Origin: Raja brachyura
Lineage: Eukaryota
Length of the DNA stretch: 64,000 nucleotides
Direction of reading: 5' to 3'
NCBI GenBank assembly: GCA_963514005.1
Contig: OY740788.1
Span: 88,288,001-88,352,000, forward strand
The notes beneath the pieces were generated by a model. It had not been told where the DNA came from and searched no databases. It saw only the letters and a program-made list of their open reading frames with translations. Positions within the stretch are counted from its first letter, which is position 1. Each line of letters opens with the position of its first letter. Both the position numbers and the translations under genes were made by a program. Below, one piece after another: positions 1 to 13,402 of this stretch.

Positions 1-36
1 AGTGAGGGGAATGGGAAACGAGGAATATAGATGGTA

Positions 37-780
37 GAAACATAGAAACATAGAAATTAGGTGCAGGAGTAGGCCATTCGGCCCTTCGAGCCTGCACCGC
101 CATTCAATATGATCATGGCTGATCATCCAACTCAGTATCCCGTTCCTGCCTTCTCTCCATACCCTCTGATCCCCTTAGCCACAAGGGCCACATCTAACTC
201 CCTCTTAAATATAGCCAATGAACTGGCCTCAACTACCCTCTGTGGCAGCGAATTCCAGAGACCCACCACTCTCTGTGTGAAAAAAGTCCTTCTCATCTCA
301 GTCCTAAAGGATGTCCCCCTTATCCTTAAGCTGTGACCCCTTATCCTGGACCTCCCCAACATCGGGAACAATCTTCCTGCATCTAGCCTGTCCAACCCCT
401 TAAGAATTTTGTAAGTTTCTATAAGACCCCCTCTCAATCTCCTAAATTCTAGAGAGTTTAAACCAAGTCGATGCAGTCTTTGTTCATAAGACAGTCCTGA
501 CATCCCAAAAATCAGTCTGGTGAACCTTCTCTGCACTCCCTCTATGCCAATAATGTTCTTCCTCAGATTTGGAGACCAGAACTGTACGCAATACTCCAGG
601 TGTGGTCTCACCAAGACCCTATACAACTGAAGTAGAACCTCCCTGTTCCTATACTCAAATCCTTTTGCTATGAAAGCTAACATACCATTCGCTTTCTTCA
701 CAGCCTGCTGCACCTGCATGCCTGGTGTACCATGCCACCCAGGCCGCGATGCATCTCCCCTTTTCCTAATCGGCCTCCAT
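37..780 (-). mobile_element. CR1 LINE, 5'-truncated (RT C-terminus, 3' UTR and ATAGAAAC tail)
   Basis: ORF 132-719 (KANGMLAFI...LYRVLVRPHLEYCVQFWSP...LRGGLIETYK) is the CR1 ORF2 C-terminus. An 8-bp tail repeat lies at 37-57. Confidence 0.95.
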
Positions 781-1292
781 GGTGATGTGGAGAGATGTAG
801 AACTAGGATCAGTCTAACCCATTTGTGCTGACCAAGATGCCCTATCTAAGCTAGTCACATTTGCCCATGTTTGCTCACATCCCTCAAACCCTTTCCTATA
901 TGTGTTTGTCCAAATGCCTTCTAAATGTTGAATTACACACGACTCAACCACTTCCTCTGTCAGCATGTTCCATGTACAAAACACCACCCACAGGCCCTCT
1001 AGTTCCTATTAAATTATTCCTCTCTCACTTTAAACCTATGCTCTTGTTTTTGATTACCCTCCCCTGGGAAAAAGACTGTGCAATACGTTTGTTTATGTTG
1101 TAGAGAATGTGAGGGTGGGATGGAAAGGCCAAAGAGAATGTCTGTGATGTGGAAAGACCAAATTGGTTGATGCGACAAGTTGGAAAGCGATGGTGCTTTC
1201 TTGTCTATATATGTGTTGCTGATAGCTGGGCAGGATGTACTAATGGAGAGAGAAAAGACCAAGACTCTGTCACAATTGGATGACTGGCAGAA

Positions 1293-2682
1293 ATATAACC
1301 ATATAACCATATAACAATTACAGCACGGAAACAGGCCTTCTCGGCCCTTCCAGTCCGTGCCGACCATTTATTTTCCCCTAGTCCCATCTACCTGCACTCA
1401 GACCATACCCCTCCATTCCCTTCCCGTCCATATACCTATCCACTTTACTTTTAAATGTTAAAATCGATCCTGCCTCCACCACTTCTGCTGGAAGATCATT
1501 CCACACAGCCACCACTCTCTGAGTAAAGAAGTTCCCCCTCATGTTACCCCTAAACTTATGTCCCTTAATTCTCATGTCATGCCCTCTTGTTTGAATCTTT
1601 CCCTACCCTCAATGGGAAAAGCTTATCAACGTCAACTCTGTCTATCCCTTTCATCATTTTAAAGACCTCAATCAAGTCCCCCCTTAACCTTCTGTGCTCC
1701 AAAGAATAAAGACCTAACTTGTTCAACCTTTCTCTGTAACTTAGTTGCTGGAACCCAGGCAACATTCTAGTAAATCTCCTCTGTACTCTCCCTATTTTGT
1801 TGACATCCTTCCTATAATTAGGAAACCAAAATTGTACACCATACTCCAGAATTGGTCTTACCAATGCCTTGTACAATTTTAACATTACTTCCCTACTCCT
1901 ATATTCAATGCTCTGATTTATAAAGGCCAGCACACCAAATGCTTTCTTTACCACCCTGTGATTCCACCTTCAGGGAACTATGCACAGTTATTCCTAGATC
2001 CCTCTGTTCCACAGCATTCCTCAATTCCCTACCATTTACCATGTAGTCCTATTTTGATTTGTCCTGCCAAGATGTAGCACCTCACACTTATCAGCATTAA
2101 ACTCCATCTACCATCTTTCAGCCTACTCTTCCAAATGGCCCAAATCTCTCTGTAGACTTTGAAAATCTACTTCATTATCCACTGCACCCCCTATCTTAGT
2201 ATCATCTGCATACTTACTTATCCAATTTTCCACCCCATCATCTAGATCATTGATGTACATGACAAACAACAGTGGACCCAACACAGATCCCTGAGGCACC
2301 CCACTGGTCACTGGCTTCCAACCTGACAAACAGCCATCCACCATTATTCTCTGGCATCTCCCATTCAGCCACTGTTGAATCCATCTTGCTACTCCGTCAT
2401 TAACACCCAAAAATTGAACCTTCTTAACCAACCCTCCATGGGGAACCTTGTCAAAGGCCTTACTGAAATCCATATAGACAACATCCACTGCTTTACCCTC
2501 ATCAATGTCCCTAGTAGCCTCTTCAAAAAATTCAAGAAGGTTTGTCAAACATGACCTTCCAGGCACAAATCCATGTTGACTGTTCTTGATCAGACCCTGT
2601 TTATCCAGATGCTTATATATATTATCTCTAAGTATCCTTTCCATTAATTTGCCCACCACTGACGTCAAACTAACAGGTCTAA
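1293..2682 (-). mobile_element. CR1 LINE, second subfamily (ATAACCAT tail), truncated
   Basis: ORFs 1378-2668 carry DFSKAFDKV, GVPQGSVLGP and YADDTK. Nearly identical to the copy at 56314-57561. Confidence 0.95.
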
Positions 2683-2765
2683 CAAACTAAATGGAGGGCA
2701 CTTGCAGAACTTGCTGCTTCTAAGCTTCAACCCTGTATGATTCTACACCTTGCTTTTCTAAGGGA

Positions 2766-5140
2766 ATGTGGGAAAGCTCATTAATAATATGGGGCTGACA
2801 GGGATGGGAGATGAGGACAAGAGGAACCCTATCCTTGTTCTGGGAGGATGGAGGAGGAAAGAGAGCAGAAGTGTGAGACTTGTCAGCAGTCATAGTTTTT
2901 TTCACAAGCTTAGAGGAAAGAGATAGAGAGCTCGGTAATATGGTGTGAAGACCGCAACTTCTCCTTCATGGTCTGTGATGGTGATGAAACTCTTGTCGAT
3001 ATTGCCTTCATTTAATTTACAGGAAGGATTTCATCAGGTTCCAAATATGTGAGCACACAAAATATGAGGTCACTTTGAAAGATAAGAGACAGAGAGGTTG
3101 CATAATTGCCTAGTATACACCAATATTACTGAAGCATACAAAGTCCTCCCCCTCCCCCACCTGGGACAGTCTGACCACCTCTCTCTGTTCCTGCTCCCCA
3201 AATACACACCTCTGTTCAGACGTGTGAAACCTACTGTGAGGACAGTGAAGGTCTGGCCTGAGGGGGCTGTCTCTGTTTTACAGGAACAGTTTCAGCAAAC
3301 AGGCTGGAGTCACTTTGACCGGGACAACAAAACTCCAGCCATCAAAGTTGCTCCACCCCCGAATGAACAACCCCTCAGTCTCTCCACCTCTGCTGTACAA
3401 GACGCACTGAGCAAGGTGAATGAGCACAAAGCTGCCGGCCCCGATGGCATCCCCGGGCGGGTGCTCAGGGCATGTGTTGGACAACTATCCCTGGTCCTCA
3501 CTGACATTTTCAATCTGTCACTGGCCCAGGGTGTGGTCCCCACTTGCCTCAAGACATCTACCATTGTGCCAGTGCCCAAACAATCAGCGACAGGGAGTCT
3601 CAACGACTTCCGGCCAGTGGCACTCACCCTTGTCATCGCCAAGTGCTTTGAGCGGCTGATCTTGGCTCACCTCAAAGCCAGCCTCCCCCACACACTGGAC
3701 CCCCATCAATTTGCCTACCGGACAAACAGGTCTACAGAGGACGCCATTTGCCTACACTCTGCCCTGACCCACCTGGACAGCAACAACACCTACATCAGGC
3801 TGTTGTTCATTGACTTCAGCTCCGCCTTTAACACTGTCATACCCGCTAGCTTGATCACCAAACTCAGCGGTCTTGGCATCTCCACCTCCCTCTACAATTG
3901 GACACTGGATTTCCTCACTAACAGACCACGGTCTGTTAGGGTCAACAACCTCACCTCCTCCACTATAACACTGAACACCGGCGTGCCACTGGGCTGTGTG
4001 CTCAGCCCTCTCCTCTACTCCCTCTTCACCCATGACTGCATCCCTAAGTATGGCTCCAACGCCATCATAAAATTTGCCGACGACACCACGGTGGTAGGAC
4101 TGATCAGTGATAATGACGAATCAGCCTACAGGGAGGAGGTCCAGCACCTGACTACCTGGTGTGCCAACAATAACCTCGTGCTCAACTCCCAGAAGACGAA
4201 GGAAATCATTGTTGACTTTAGGAAGAACAGAGGGGGCAGACACACCCCCATCCATATAAACGGGACTGAGGTGGAGCGGGTCTCCAACTACAAATTCCTC
4301 GGGGTACACATCTCGGAGAATCTGTCCTGGTCCCTCAACTGATCAAAAAGGTGCAGCAGCGCCTTTACTTCCTGAAGAGGCTCAAAAAAGCCCACCTGTC
4401 CCCCCAGATCCTGACCAACTTTTACCGCTGTACCATCGAAAGCATCCTGACCACCTGCTTTACAGTATGGTATAGCAGTTGCACCGTGGCAGACAGGAAG
4501 GCACTACACCGGGTGGTGAAAACCGCCCAGTACATCATCGGTGCCTCGCTCCCTGCCATGGATGCCCTCCACCGAAAACGGTGTCTGAGACGGGCCGGGA
4601 AGATCATCAAGAACCCTCACAGCCTAACCATGGACTGTTTGCCCTCCTACCATCAGGGAGGCGGTACAGGAGCCTCAGGTCCCGCACCAGTAGGATGAGG
4701 AACAGCTTCTACAATAACACCATCACACTGCTGAACTCGGAGTCCCGCCGATAGATTTCTCCAGTCTTTCCGTCCACATTGTCTGCATTCTGTATTTATT
4801 TCTATATTGCTATTACTACGAACTGACGCTAAACTGCATTTTGTTGTACCCATACTTGTATCTGTGCAATGACATTAAAGTTGAATTGATTGGAATAATT
4901 GGCAGGGTGTGTCAAATGGCAACCCTTGGTAATCTTTAGGGACCTGCACTTTTAAACAGATGGGGGAATCCAGAGTTAAATATAAAAGCAGAATCAGTTG
5001 CTGCAGAGCTGAATGAATAGCCCAATATTCTGAAAACATTTGTCGGTGAGACAGCGACAGAAATGAGAGAAACTGAGTCAATAGATCAGTCAGTGACCTG
5101 ATGAAGTTCAGTCATGTTCACAGACTCTACTGAGTTAGGC
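2766..5140 (+). repeat. Copy A of an inverted segmental duplication (paralogue at 26690-27990), split by a Rex1 LINE
   Basis: 2766-3096 and 4904-5140 align colinearly to the reverse complement of 27990-26690. The segment includes a Penelope-like remnant (NKDRVPLVL.HP on the - strand). Confidence 0.85.
3097..4893 (+). mobile_element. Rex1/Babar LINE, truncated with an internal deletion
   Basis: ORF 3098-4342: PHLGQSDH, KAAGPDGIPGRVL, LNDFRPVALT, LDPHQFAYR, IIKFADDTTVVGLI. The 3' end reads gcaatgacattaaagttgaattga. Confidence 0.9.
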
Positions 5141-5179
5141 AGTGGTGCAAGTTACCAAGACACAAACAGAGTCATAGAC

Positions 5180-5567
5180 GTAGAAACATAGAAATTAGGT
5201 GCAGGAGTAGGCCATTCGGCCCTTCGAGCCTGCACCGCCATTCAATATGATCATGGCTGATCATCCAACTCAGTATCCTGTTTCTGCCTTCACTCTATAC
5301 CCCTGGACCCCTTTGGCCACAAGGGCCACATCTAACTCCCTCTTAAATATAGCCAATGAAGTGGCTTCAACTACCTTCTGTGGCAGAGAATTCCAGAGAT
5401 TCACCACACTCTGTGTGAAAAATGTTTTTCTCATCTCGGTCCTAAATGATTTCCCCCTTATCCTTAAACTATGACCCCTTCTTCTGGACTTCCCCAACAT
5501 CGGGAACAATCTTCCTGCATCTAGCCTGTCCAACCCCTTAAGAATTTTTAAAGTGTCTATAAGATTC
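5180..5567 (-). mobile_element. CR1 3' fragment
   Basis: Same 3' UTR and tail as 37-780. It lies directly next to the following CR1. Confidence 0.9.
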
Positions 5568-8500
5568 ATAGAAACATAGAAACATAGAAATTAGGTGCAG
5601 GAATAGGCCATTCGGCCCTTCGAGCCTGCACCGCCATTCAATATGATCATGGCTGATCATCCAACTCAGTATCCCGTACCTGCCTTCTCTCCATACCCTC
5701 TGATCCCCTTAGCCACAAGGGCCACATCTAACTCCCTCTTAAATATAGCCAATGTACTGGCCTCAACGACCTTCTGTGGCAGAGAGTTCTACAGATTCAC
5801 CACTCTCTGTGTGAAAAATGTTTTTCTCATCTCGGTCCTAAAAGACTTCCCCCTTATCCTTAAACTGTGACCCCTTGTTCTGGATTTCCCCAACATCGGG
5901 AACAATCTTCCTGCATCTAGCCTGTCCAACCCCTTAAGAATCTTGTAAGTTTCTATAAGATCCCCCCTCAATCTTCTAAATTCCAGCGAGTACAAACCGA
6001 GTCTATCCAGTCTTTGTTCATAAGACAGTCCTGACATCCCAGGAATCAGTCTGGTGAACCTTCTCTGTACTCCCTCTATGGCAAGAATGTCTTTCCTCAG
6101 ATTTGGAGACCAAAACTGTACGCAATACTCCAGATGTGGCCTTACCAAAACCCTGTACAACTGCAGTAGAACCTCCCTGCTCCTATACTCAAATCCTTTT
6201 GCTATGAATGCTAACATACCATTCGCTTTCTTCACAGCCTGCTGCACCTGCATGCCTACTTTCAATGACCGGTATACCATGACACCCACGTCTCGTTGCA
6301 TCTCCCCTTTTCCTAATCGGCCACCATTCAGATAATAGACTACTTTCCTGTTTTTGCCACCAAAATGGATAACCTCACATTTATCAGAATCAGAATCAGA
6401 ATCAGAATGCCTTTTATTGTCACTATACACATGTACAGTGAGATTAAAAACTGCTCCTACTCAGTGCAAAAAATCCACATTATACTGCATTTGCCATGCA
6501 TTTACCAACTCACGCAGCCTATCCAAGTCACCTTGCAGCCTCCTAGCATCCTCCTCACAGCTAACAATGCCCCCCAGCTTAATGTCATCCGCAAACTTGG
6601 AGATGTTGCATTCAATTCCCTCGTCCAAATCATTAATATATATTGTAAATAGCTGTGGTCCCAGCACTGAGCCTTGCGATACCCCACTAGTCACTGCCTG
6701 CCATTCTGAAAAGTACCCGTTTACTCCTATTCTTTGCCAGCCAGTTCTCTATCCACATCAATACTGGACCCCCAATACCGTGTGCTTTAAGTTTGTATAC
6801 TAATCTCTTATGCGGGACCTTGTCAAAAGCCTTCTGAAAGTCTAAATATAACACATCCACTGCTTCTCCCTTATCCACTCTACTAGTTACATCCTCGAAA
6901 AATTCTATAAGATTCGTCAGACATGATTTACCTTTCGTAAATCCATGCTGACTTTGTCCAATGATTTCACCACTTTCCAGATGAGCTGCTATCCCATCTT
7001 TAATATCTAACTCTAGCAGTTTTCCCTCTACCGATGTTAGACTAACTGTTGTGTAATTCCCCGTTTTCTCCCTCCCTCCTCCTTTTTAAAAAGTGGGGTT
7101 ATATTAGCTATCCTCCAATCCTCAGGAACTACTCCAGAATCTAAAGAGTTTTGAAAGAGTTTTTATGTTCCCTGCCAATTTCCTTTCATAACCTATTTTG
7201 CCTTTCCTAATTAAGCCCTTTGTCCTCCTCTGCTGGACTCTGAATTTCTCCCAGTCCTCTGGTAGGCTGCTTTTCTGGCTAATTTGTATGCTTCATCTTT
7301 TGTTTTGATACTATCCCTGATTTCCCTTGTTATCTACGGATGCACTACCTTCCCTGATTTATTCTTTTGCCAAACTGGGATGAACAATTTTTGTAGTTCA
7401 TCCATGCAGTCTTTAAATGGCTTCCATTGCACATCCACCGTCAACCCTTTAAGAATCAATTGCCAGTCTATCTTGGCCAATTCACGTCTCATACCCACAA
7501 AGTTACCTTTCTTTAAGTTCAGAACCCTTGTTTCTGAATTAATTATGTCACTCTCCATCCTAATGAAGAACTCAACCATATTATGGTCACTCTTGCCCAA
7601 GGGTCCACGCACAACAAGGCTACTAACTAACCCTTCCTCATTACTCAGTACCCAGTCTAGAATAGCCTGCTCTCTCGTTGGTTCCTCTACATGTTGGTTT
7701 AGAAAACTATCCCGCATACATTCCAAGAAATCCTCTTCCTCAGCACCCCAGCCAATTTGATTCACCCAATCTATATGTAGATTGAAGTCACCCATTATAA
7801 CTGTTTTACCTTTGTTGCACGCATTTCTAATTTCCTGTTTGATGCCATCCCCAACTCCACTACTACTGTTAGGTGGCCTGTACACAACTCCCACTAGCGT
7901 TTTCTGCCCCTTAGTGTTTCGCAGCTCTACCCATATCCAAGCTAATGTCCTTCCTTTCTGTTGCGTTAATCTCGTCTCTAACCAGCAACGCTACCCCACC
8001 TCCCTTTCCTTTCTGTCTATCCCTCCTGAATATTGAATATCCCTGGATGTTCAGCTGCCAGCCTTGGTCACCCTGGAGCCATGTCTCCTTGATCCGAACT
8101 ATATCATAGTCATTAATAGCTATCTGCACATTCAACTCATCCACCTTATTACGAATGCTCCTTGCATTGAGACACAAAGCCTTCAGGCTTGTTTTTACAA
8201 CACTCTTACCCCTTATACAATTATGTTGAAAAGTGGCCCTTTTTGATTTTTGCCCTGGATTTATCTGCCTGCCACTTTTACTTTTCACCTTGCTACCTAT
8301 TGCTTCTACCCTCATTTTACACCCCTCTCTCTGCTCACACATTTAAGAAATCCACTATCTCTTATTCTAGTTTAAAGTCTCCCCAGTAGCCTTTGCAAAT
8401 CTCCCCGCCAGGATATTGGTCCCCCTCGGGTTCAAGTGCAACCCGTCCTTTTTGTACAGGTCATACCTTCCCCAAAAGAGGTCCCAATGATCCAGAATCT

Positions 8501-8905
8501 TGAATCCCTGCTCTCTGCACCAGTCCTTCAGCCACGCATTTATCCTCCACCTCGCTCCATTCCTACTCTCACTGTCGCGTGGCACAGGCAGTAATCCTGA
8601 GATTGTTACCTTTGCGGTCCTTCTCCTTAACTCTCCTCCTAACTCCCTAAATTCTCCTTTCAGGACCTCTTCGTCTTTTCTACCTATGTCATTGGTACCT
8701 ATATGTACCACGACCTCAGGCTCCTCTCCCTCCCATTGCAGGATATGTTGGACACGTTCAGACACATCCCAGATCCTGGCACCAGGGAGGCAAACTACCA
8801 TCCGGGTCTCCTGACTGCGTCCACAGAATCGCCTATCTGACCCCTAACTATAGAGTCCGCTATTACTACTGCTATTACTATTCCCCTCCTCTTCTTATCC
8901 TTACC
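5568..8905 (-). mobile_element. Long decayed CR1 LINE including ORF1 (SGNH esterase-like), APE endonuclease and RT
   Basis: 8367-8801 VVCLPGA...VVHIGTNDIG...DGLHLN is the CR1 ORF1 esterase. CLNARSIRNK, GVVYRPP, GDFN and SDH mark the APE domain. RT motifs are frameshifted, and a small insert sits at about 6383-6470. Confidence 0.93.
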
Positions 8906-8906
8906 C

Positions 8907-10280
8907 TTTGGATCCGTCTTCACTAATGAAGACACAAACAATCTCCTGATGTACTAGTGGCCAGAGGATCTGGGGTGATGGAGGAACTGAACGAAATCCA
9001 CATTTGGCAGAAAATGGTGTTGGGTAGACTGATGGGACTGAAGGCTGATGAATCCCCAGGACCTGATGCTCTGCATCCCAGGGTATTTAAGGAAGTGGCT
9101 CTAGAAATCGTGGACGCATTGGTGATAATTTTCCAATGTTCGATAGATTCAGGATCAGTTCCTGAGTATTGAAGCGTAGCTAATGTTATCCCACTTTTGA
9201 AGAAAGGCGGGAGAGAGAAAACAGGGAATTATAGACCAGTTAGCCTGACATTGGTGGTGGGGAAGGTGCTGGAGTCAATTATAAAAGATGAGATAGTAGC
9301 ACATTTGGATAGCAGTAACAGGATCAGTCCGAGTCAACATGGATTTACGAAGGGGAAATCATCCTTGACTAGACTTCTGGAATTTTTTGAGGAAGATAGA
9401 CAAGGGAGAGCCAGTGGATGTAGTGTACCTAGACATTCAGAAAGCATTTGAGAAGGTCTCACATAGGTGATTAGAGGGCAAATTTATGGCACATGGTATT
9501 GGGGGTAGAGTGCTGACATGGATAGAAAATTGGTTGGCAGACAGGAATCAAAGAGTAGGGATTAACATGTCCCTTTCAGAATGGCAGGCAGTGACTAGTG
9601 TGGTATTGCAAAGCTCGGTGCTGGGACCGCAGCTATTTACAATATACATCAATGATTTGGATGAAGGGATTCAAAGTAACATTAGCAAATTTGCAGATGA
9701 CACAAAGCTGGGCGGCAGTGTGAACTGTGAGGAGGATGCTATGAGAATGCAGGGTGACTTGGACAGGTGGCTGAGTGGAGCATGGCAGTTTAATGTAGAT
9801 AAATGTAAGGTTATCCACTTTGATAGCAAAAACAGGAAGGCAGATTACTATCTAAATGGTGTCAAGTTGGGAAAAGGGGAAGTACAACGGGATCTGGGGG
9901 TCCTTGTTCATCAGTCTATGGAAGTGAGAATGCAGGTACAGCAGGCAGTGAAGAAATTAAATGGCATGTTGGACTTTATAACACGATGAGTTGAGTATAA
10001 GCTCAAAGAGGTTCTTCTGCAGTTGTACAGGGCCCTAGTGAGACTACACCTGGAGTATTGTGTGCCGTTTTGGTCCCCTAATTTGAGGAAGGACATTCTT
10101 GCTATTGAGGGAGTGCAGCGTAGGTTTCCGAGGTTAATTCCAGAGATGGCAGAACTGACATATGCTGAGAGAATGGAGCGGCTGGGCTTGTATACTCTGA
10201 AATTTAGAAGGATGAGAGGGGATCTTATTGAAACATATAAGATTATTATAGGTTTGGACATGCTAGAGGCAGGAAACATG
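8907..10280 (+). mobile_element. CR1 LINE fragment (RT), decayed
   Basis: SPGPD, NYRPVSLT, QHGF and FADDTKLGG are spread over frameshifted ORFs 8957-10364. Confidence 0.92.
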
Positions 10281-10529
10281 GGACATTATTGTCATATGTC
10301 CCAGATAGAACAACATTCTTTATTTCATCAGCACAACAGAATATGTAAACATAGTATACTGTAAACAACATAATAAACGAGAAAAAAGGATCAGTGTGGG
10401 TCTATATACACATATATCTGAAGAAGGGTTTCGACCTGAAACATCACGCCTGAAGAAGGGTCTCAATCTGAAAAATTACCCATTCATTCTCCCCAGTGAT
10501 GCTTCCTGTTTGTTTCTATATACGCACAT

Positions 10530-11222
10530 ATACATACATATTACTAAAAGTCTGATCTTGACCACTTCCTGTTGTTCTCTATATTGATTTTTGAAAAAAC
10601 GCTGCTTCATACGTCTGTGATTATTGGCAATCTTCCTCAGAGTCCCCCTCCACTGTGCAGGGCAGAGGATTTTTCCCATCGATTAAAAATAAAAGAATTA
10701 TTAGTGTTTAAAAAATGTTGAGATTCTCTCTCCTGAAGGCCACGCCCCTTCCGGAGGGACTATAAAACCTGGAAGTGTAGAGTGCCTCAGCCAGTCTCTG
10801 CAAGATGGGGGAGCGAGAGGGTCACGTCTCTCAGTCTCAGCTGTGAATAACACTGAACACATGTCGACTAAACTCGGAATGTGGTTTTACTGACCTTGAG
10901 TGCCCTTAATGTAATGAAAATGAAAATGTGGTTCATTTGAAATGAAGCGCAGCAAATGGTGGTTGGTGGTGGTTGGTTTGAAATGGAAAATGATTAAAAC
11001 TTGACAACTTCCTGTTTGCACTGTATATTATTTTAGATACAATGTTACCACTTACGGCTGTGATTTTTGGCCATCTTACATAGCCCCCCTCGGCTCATCA
11101 GGAAACTGCACTTGAATTTGGTGGCCTTGCACCCTGCTTGAAGTGGTAGAAACCTTCATTTGAATTTGGTGGCCTTGCACCCTGCTTGAAATGGAATTTT
11201 GAGGAATAGCTGTGAGTCAACT
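10530..11222 (+). mobile_element. Probable non-autonomous Helitron-like element (5' part, runs into the gap)
   Basis: The 5' end (tattactaaaagtctgatcttg) resembles the Helitron-like unit starts at 58047 and 63966. It contains internal direct repeats. Confidence 0.5.
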
Positions 11223-11371
11223 NNNNNNNNNNNNNNNNNNNNNNNNNNNNNNNNNNNNNNNNNNNNNNNNNNNNNNNNNNNNNNNNNNNNNNNNNNNNNN
11301 NNNNNNNNNNNNNNNNNNNNNNNNNNNNNNNNNNNNNNNNNNNNNNNNNNNNNNNNNNNNNNNNNNNNNNN
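11223..11371. other. Assembly gap (N run)
   Basis: Run of N. Confidence 1.
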
Positions 11372-11404
11372 CAGGTCTATGTAGTTGAGAGCTTATTTGG
11401 AGGG

Positions 11405-12378
11405 TGCATAGAATCATAGAAAATAGGTGCAGGATTAGGCAATTCGGCCCTTCGAGCCTGCACTGCCATTCAATATGATCATGGCTGATCATCCAACTCA
11501 GTATCCTGTACCTGCCTTCTCTCCATACCCCCTGATCCCTTTACCCACAAGGGCCACATCTAGCTCCCTCTTAAAAATAGCCAATGAACTGGCCTCAAGC
11601 AGGGTGTGGCAGAGAATTCCACAGACTCACCACTCTCTGTGTGAAAAAAGATCTTCTCATCACAGTCCTAAAAGACTTCCCCCTTATCCTTAAACTGTGA
11701 CCCCTTGTTCTGGACCTCCCCAACATCGGGAACAATCTTCCTGCATCTAGCCTGTCCAACCCTTTAAGAATTTTGTAAGCCTCTATAAGATCCCCCTTCA
11801 ATCTCCTAAACTCCAGCGAGTCCAAGCCGAGTCTATCTTTTTTTCTTCATATGGAAGTCCTGCCATCCCAGGAATCAGTCTGGTGAACCTTCTCTGTACT
11901 CCTTCTATGGCAAGAATGTCTTTCCACAGATTAGGAGACCAAAATTGTATGCAATATTCCAGGTGTGGCCTCACCAAGACCCTGTACAACTGCAGTAGAA
12001 CCTCCCTGCGCTTGTACTCAAATCCTTTTGCTATGAATGCCAACATACCATTTGCTTTCTTCACAGCCTGCTGCACCTGCATGCCTACTTTCAATGACTG
12101 GTGTACCATGACACCCAGGTCTCGTTGCATCTCCCCTTTTCCTAATCGGCCACCATTCAGATAATAATCTACCCTCCTGTTTTTGCCGCCAAAGTGGATA
12201 ATCTCACATTTTTCCACATTATACTGCATCTGCCATGCATTTGCCCACTCACTCAACCTATCCAAGTCACCTTGCAGCCTCCTAGCATCCTCCTCACAGC
12301 TAACACTGCCCCCTAGCTTCATGTCATCCGCAAACTTGGAGATGTTGCATTCAATTCCCTCGTCCAGATCATTAATAT
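11405..12378 (-). mobile_element. CR1 LINE 3' fragment
   Basis: ORFs 11595-12430 carry FADDMKLGG and VRPHLEYC, followed by the 3' UTR and tail. Confidence 0.93.
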
Positions 12379-12779
12379 GAAGTGCAGTGTTTAATGTCCT
12401 GATAGCTGTCGGAAAGAACCTAGAGGTCACGGATACAGCAGGATTTCGATCAGTCGGATATTTGGGCAGAGGGATGACAGATGGAGTTTAATCCAGACTC
12501 GTGTATGATGCTGCACCTCAGAGGTCAAATGTACCAGGAACAAATAAAGTAAATGGCAGAGATAGACACAAAGTGCTGGAGTAACTCAATGAATCAGGCA
12601 GCATCTCTGGAGAAAAAAGATGGGTGATGTTTTGGTTTGGGACCCTTCTTCAGATTGAAAGTAGGACTATAAGAGGTTCATTGATGTACAGAGGTTTCTT
12701 GGGGTCCAAGTTCGTAGCTCCCTGAAGGTGGCAATGCAGTGGATAGGTGTTAAATAAGTTGTACGGTATACAGATAGAG

Positions 12780-13402
12780 AGCTTAGTAACATCCTAACTC
12801 TATTTACTAGCGATCGCCTGCTGGAAACCCAGCTACTTTTGTACCACTGCCAGGAGAAGGATCTGATCATAATTGTTTATAATTCATAGAAGCCACAGCC
12901 GCTCTCCAACTGGATTTACAGAGTCATCCGATTGATAATCCTGACTTGTTCCTATTTACTGATGGCTCTTCGCACCGACCTAGCAATGACAGATTATCAG
13001 CAGGCTATGCGGTGATTGCGCCACACCAAGTGATGGAGGCATATGCTTTACCATATGGAATAGCTGGTCAGGCAGCAGAGCTGCATACCCTGACTCATGT
13101 CTGTATATTTGGCGAAAGATAAAAGTGCTAATATCCACTGATTCTCGCTATGCGTTTGGGGTTGTACATGACTTTGGGCAGTTATGGAAAAATATAGGAT
13201 TCATCACATCAACGGGAAAGACCATTAAACATGATAAACTGTCTTAAATTTACTGGATACGATCCAATTGCGACAGCAGATCTCAGTCATTAATTGCGAG
13301 GCTTATACATCGTTGGACAATGATGTATCCAATGGAAACAGGTCAGCTGATTATGTCACCAAACAGGTTGCCCTCAGGCAAACCCCGCAATTACAAGCAG
13401 CT
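12780..13402 (+). mobile_element. Endogenous retrovirus (class I, gamma/epsilon-like) pol relic: tether and RNase H
   Basis: Manual translation gives NPATF..., LFTDGSS, AGYAV, QAAEL, TDSRYAFGVVHDFGQLWK..GFITSTG and GNRSAD, with frameshifts. Confidence 0.85.

Noticed and set aside
109-336. Recurrent short ORFs such as MIMADHPTQYPVPAF and MNLLCTPSMARMSF
   Set aside because: These are antisense frames of CR1 copies, not host genes.
4975-4995. TATAAAAG conserved in both duplication copies as a promoter
   Set aside because: It lies in what looks like a decayed common chondrichthyan Penelope-associated repeat, and no gene follows.
8880-8930. Opposite-orientation CR1 junction as a twin-priming inversion
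   Set aside because: The two arms cover the same RT region and differ at subfamily-diagnostic sites, so they are independent insertions.
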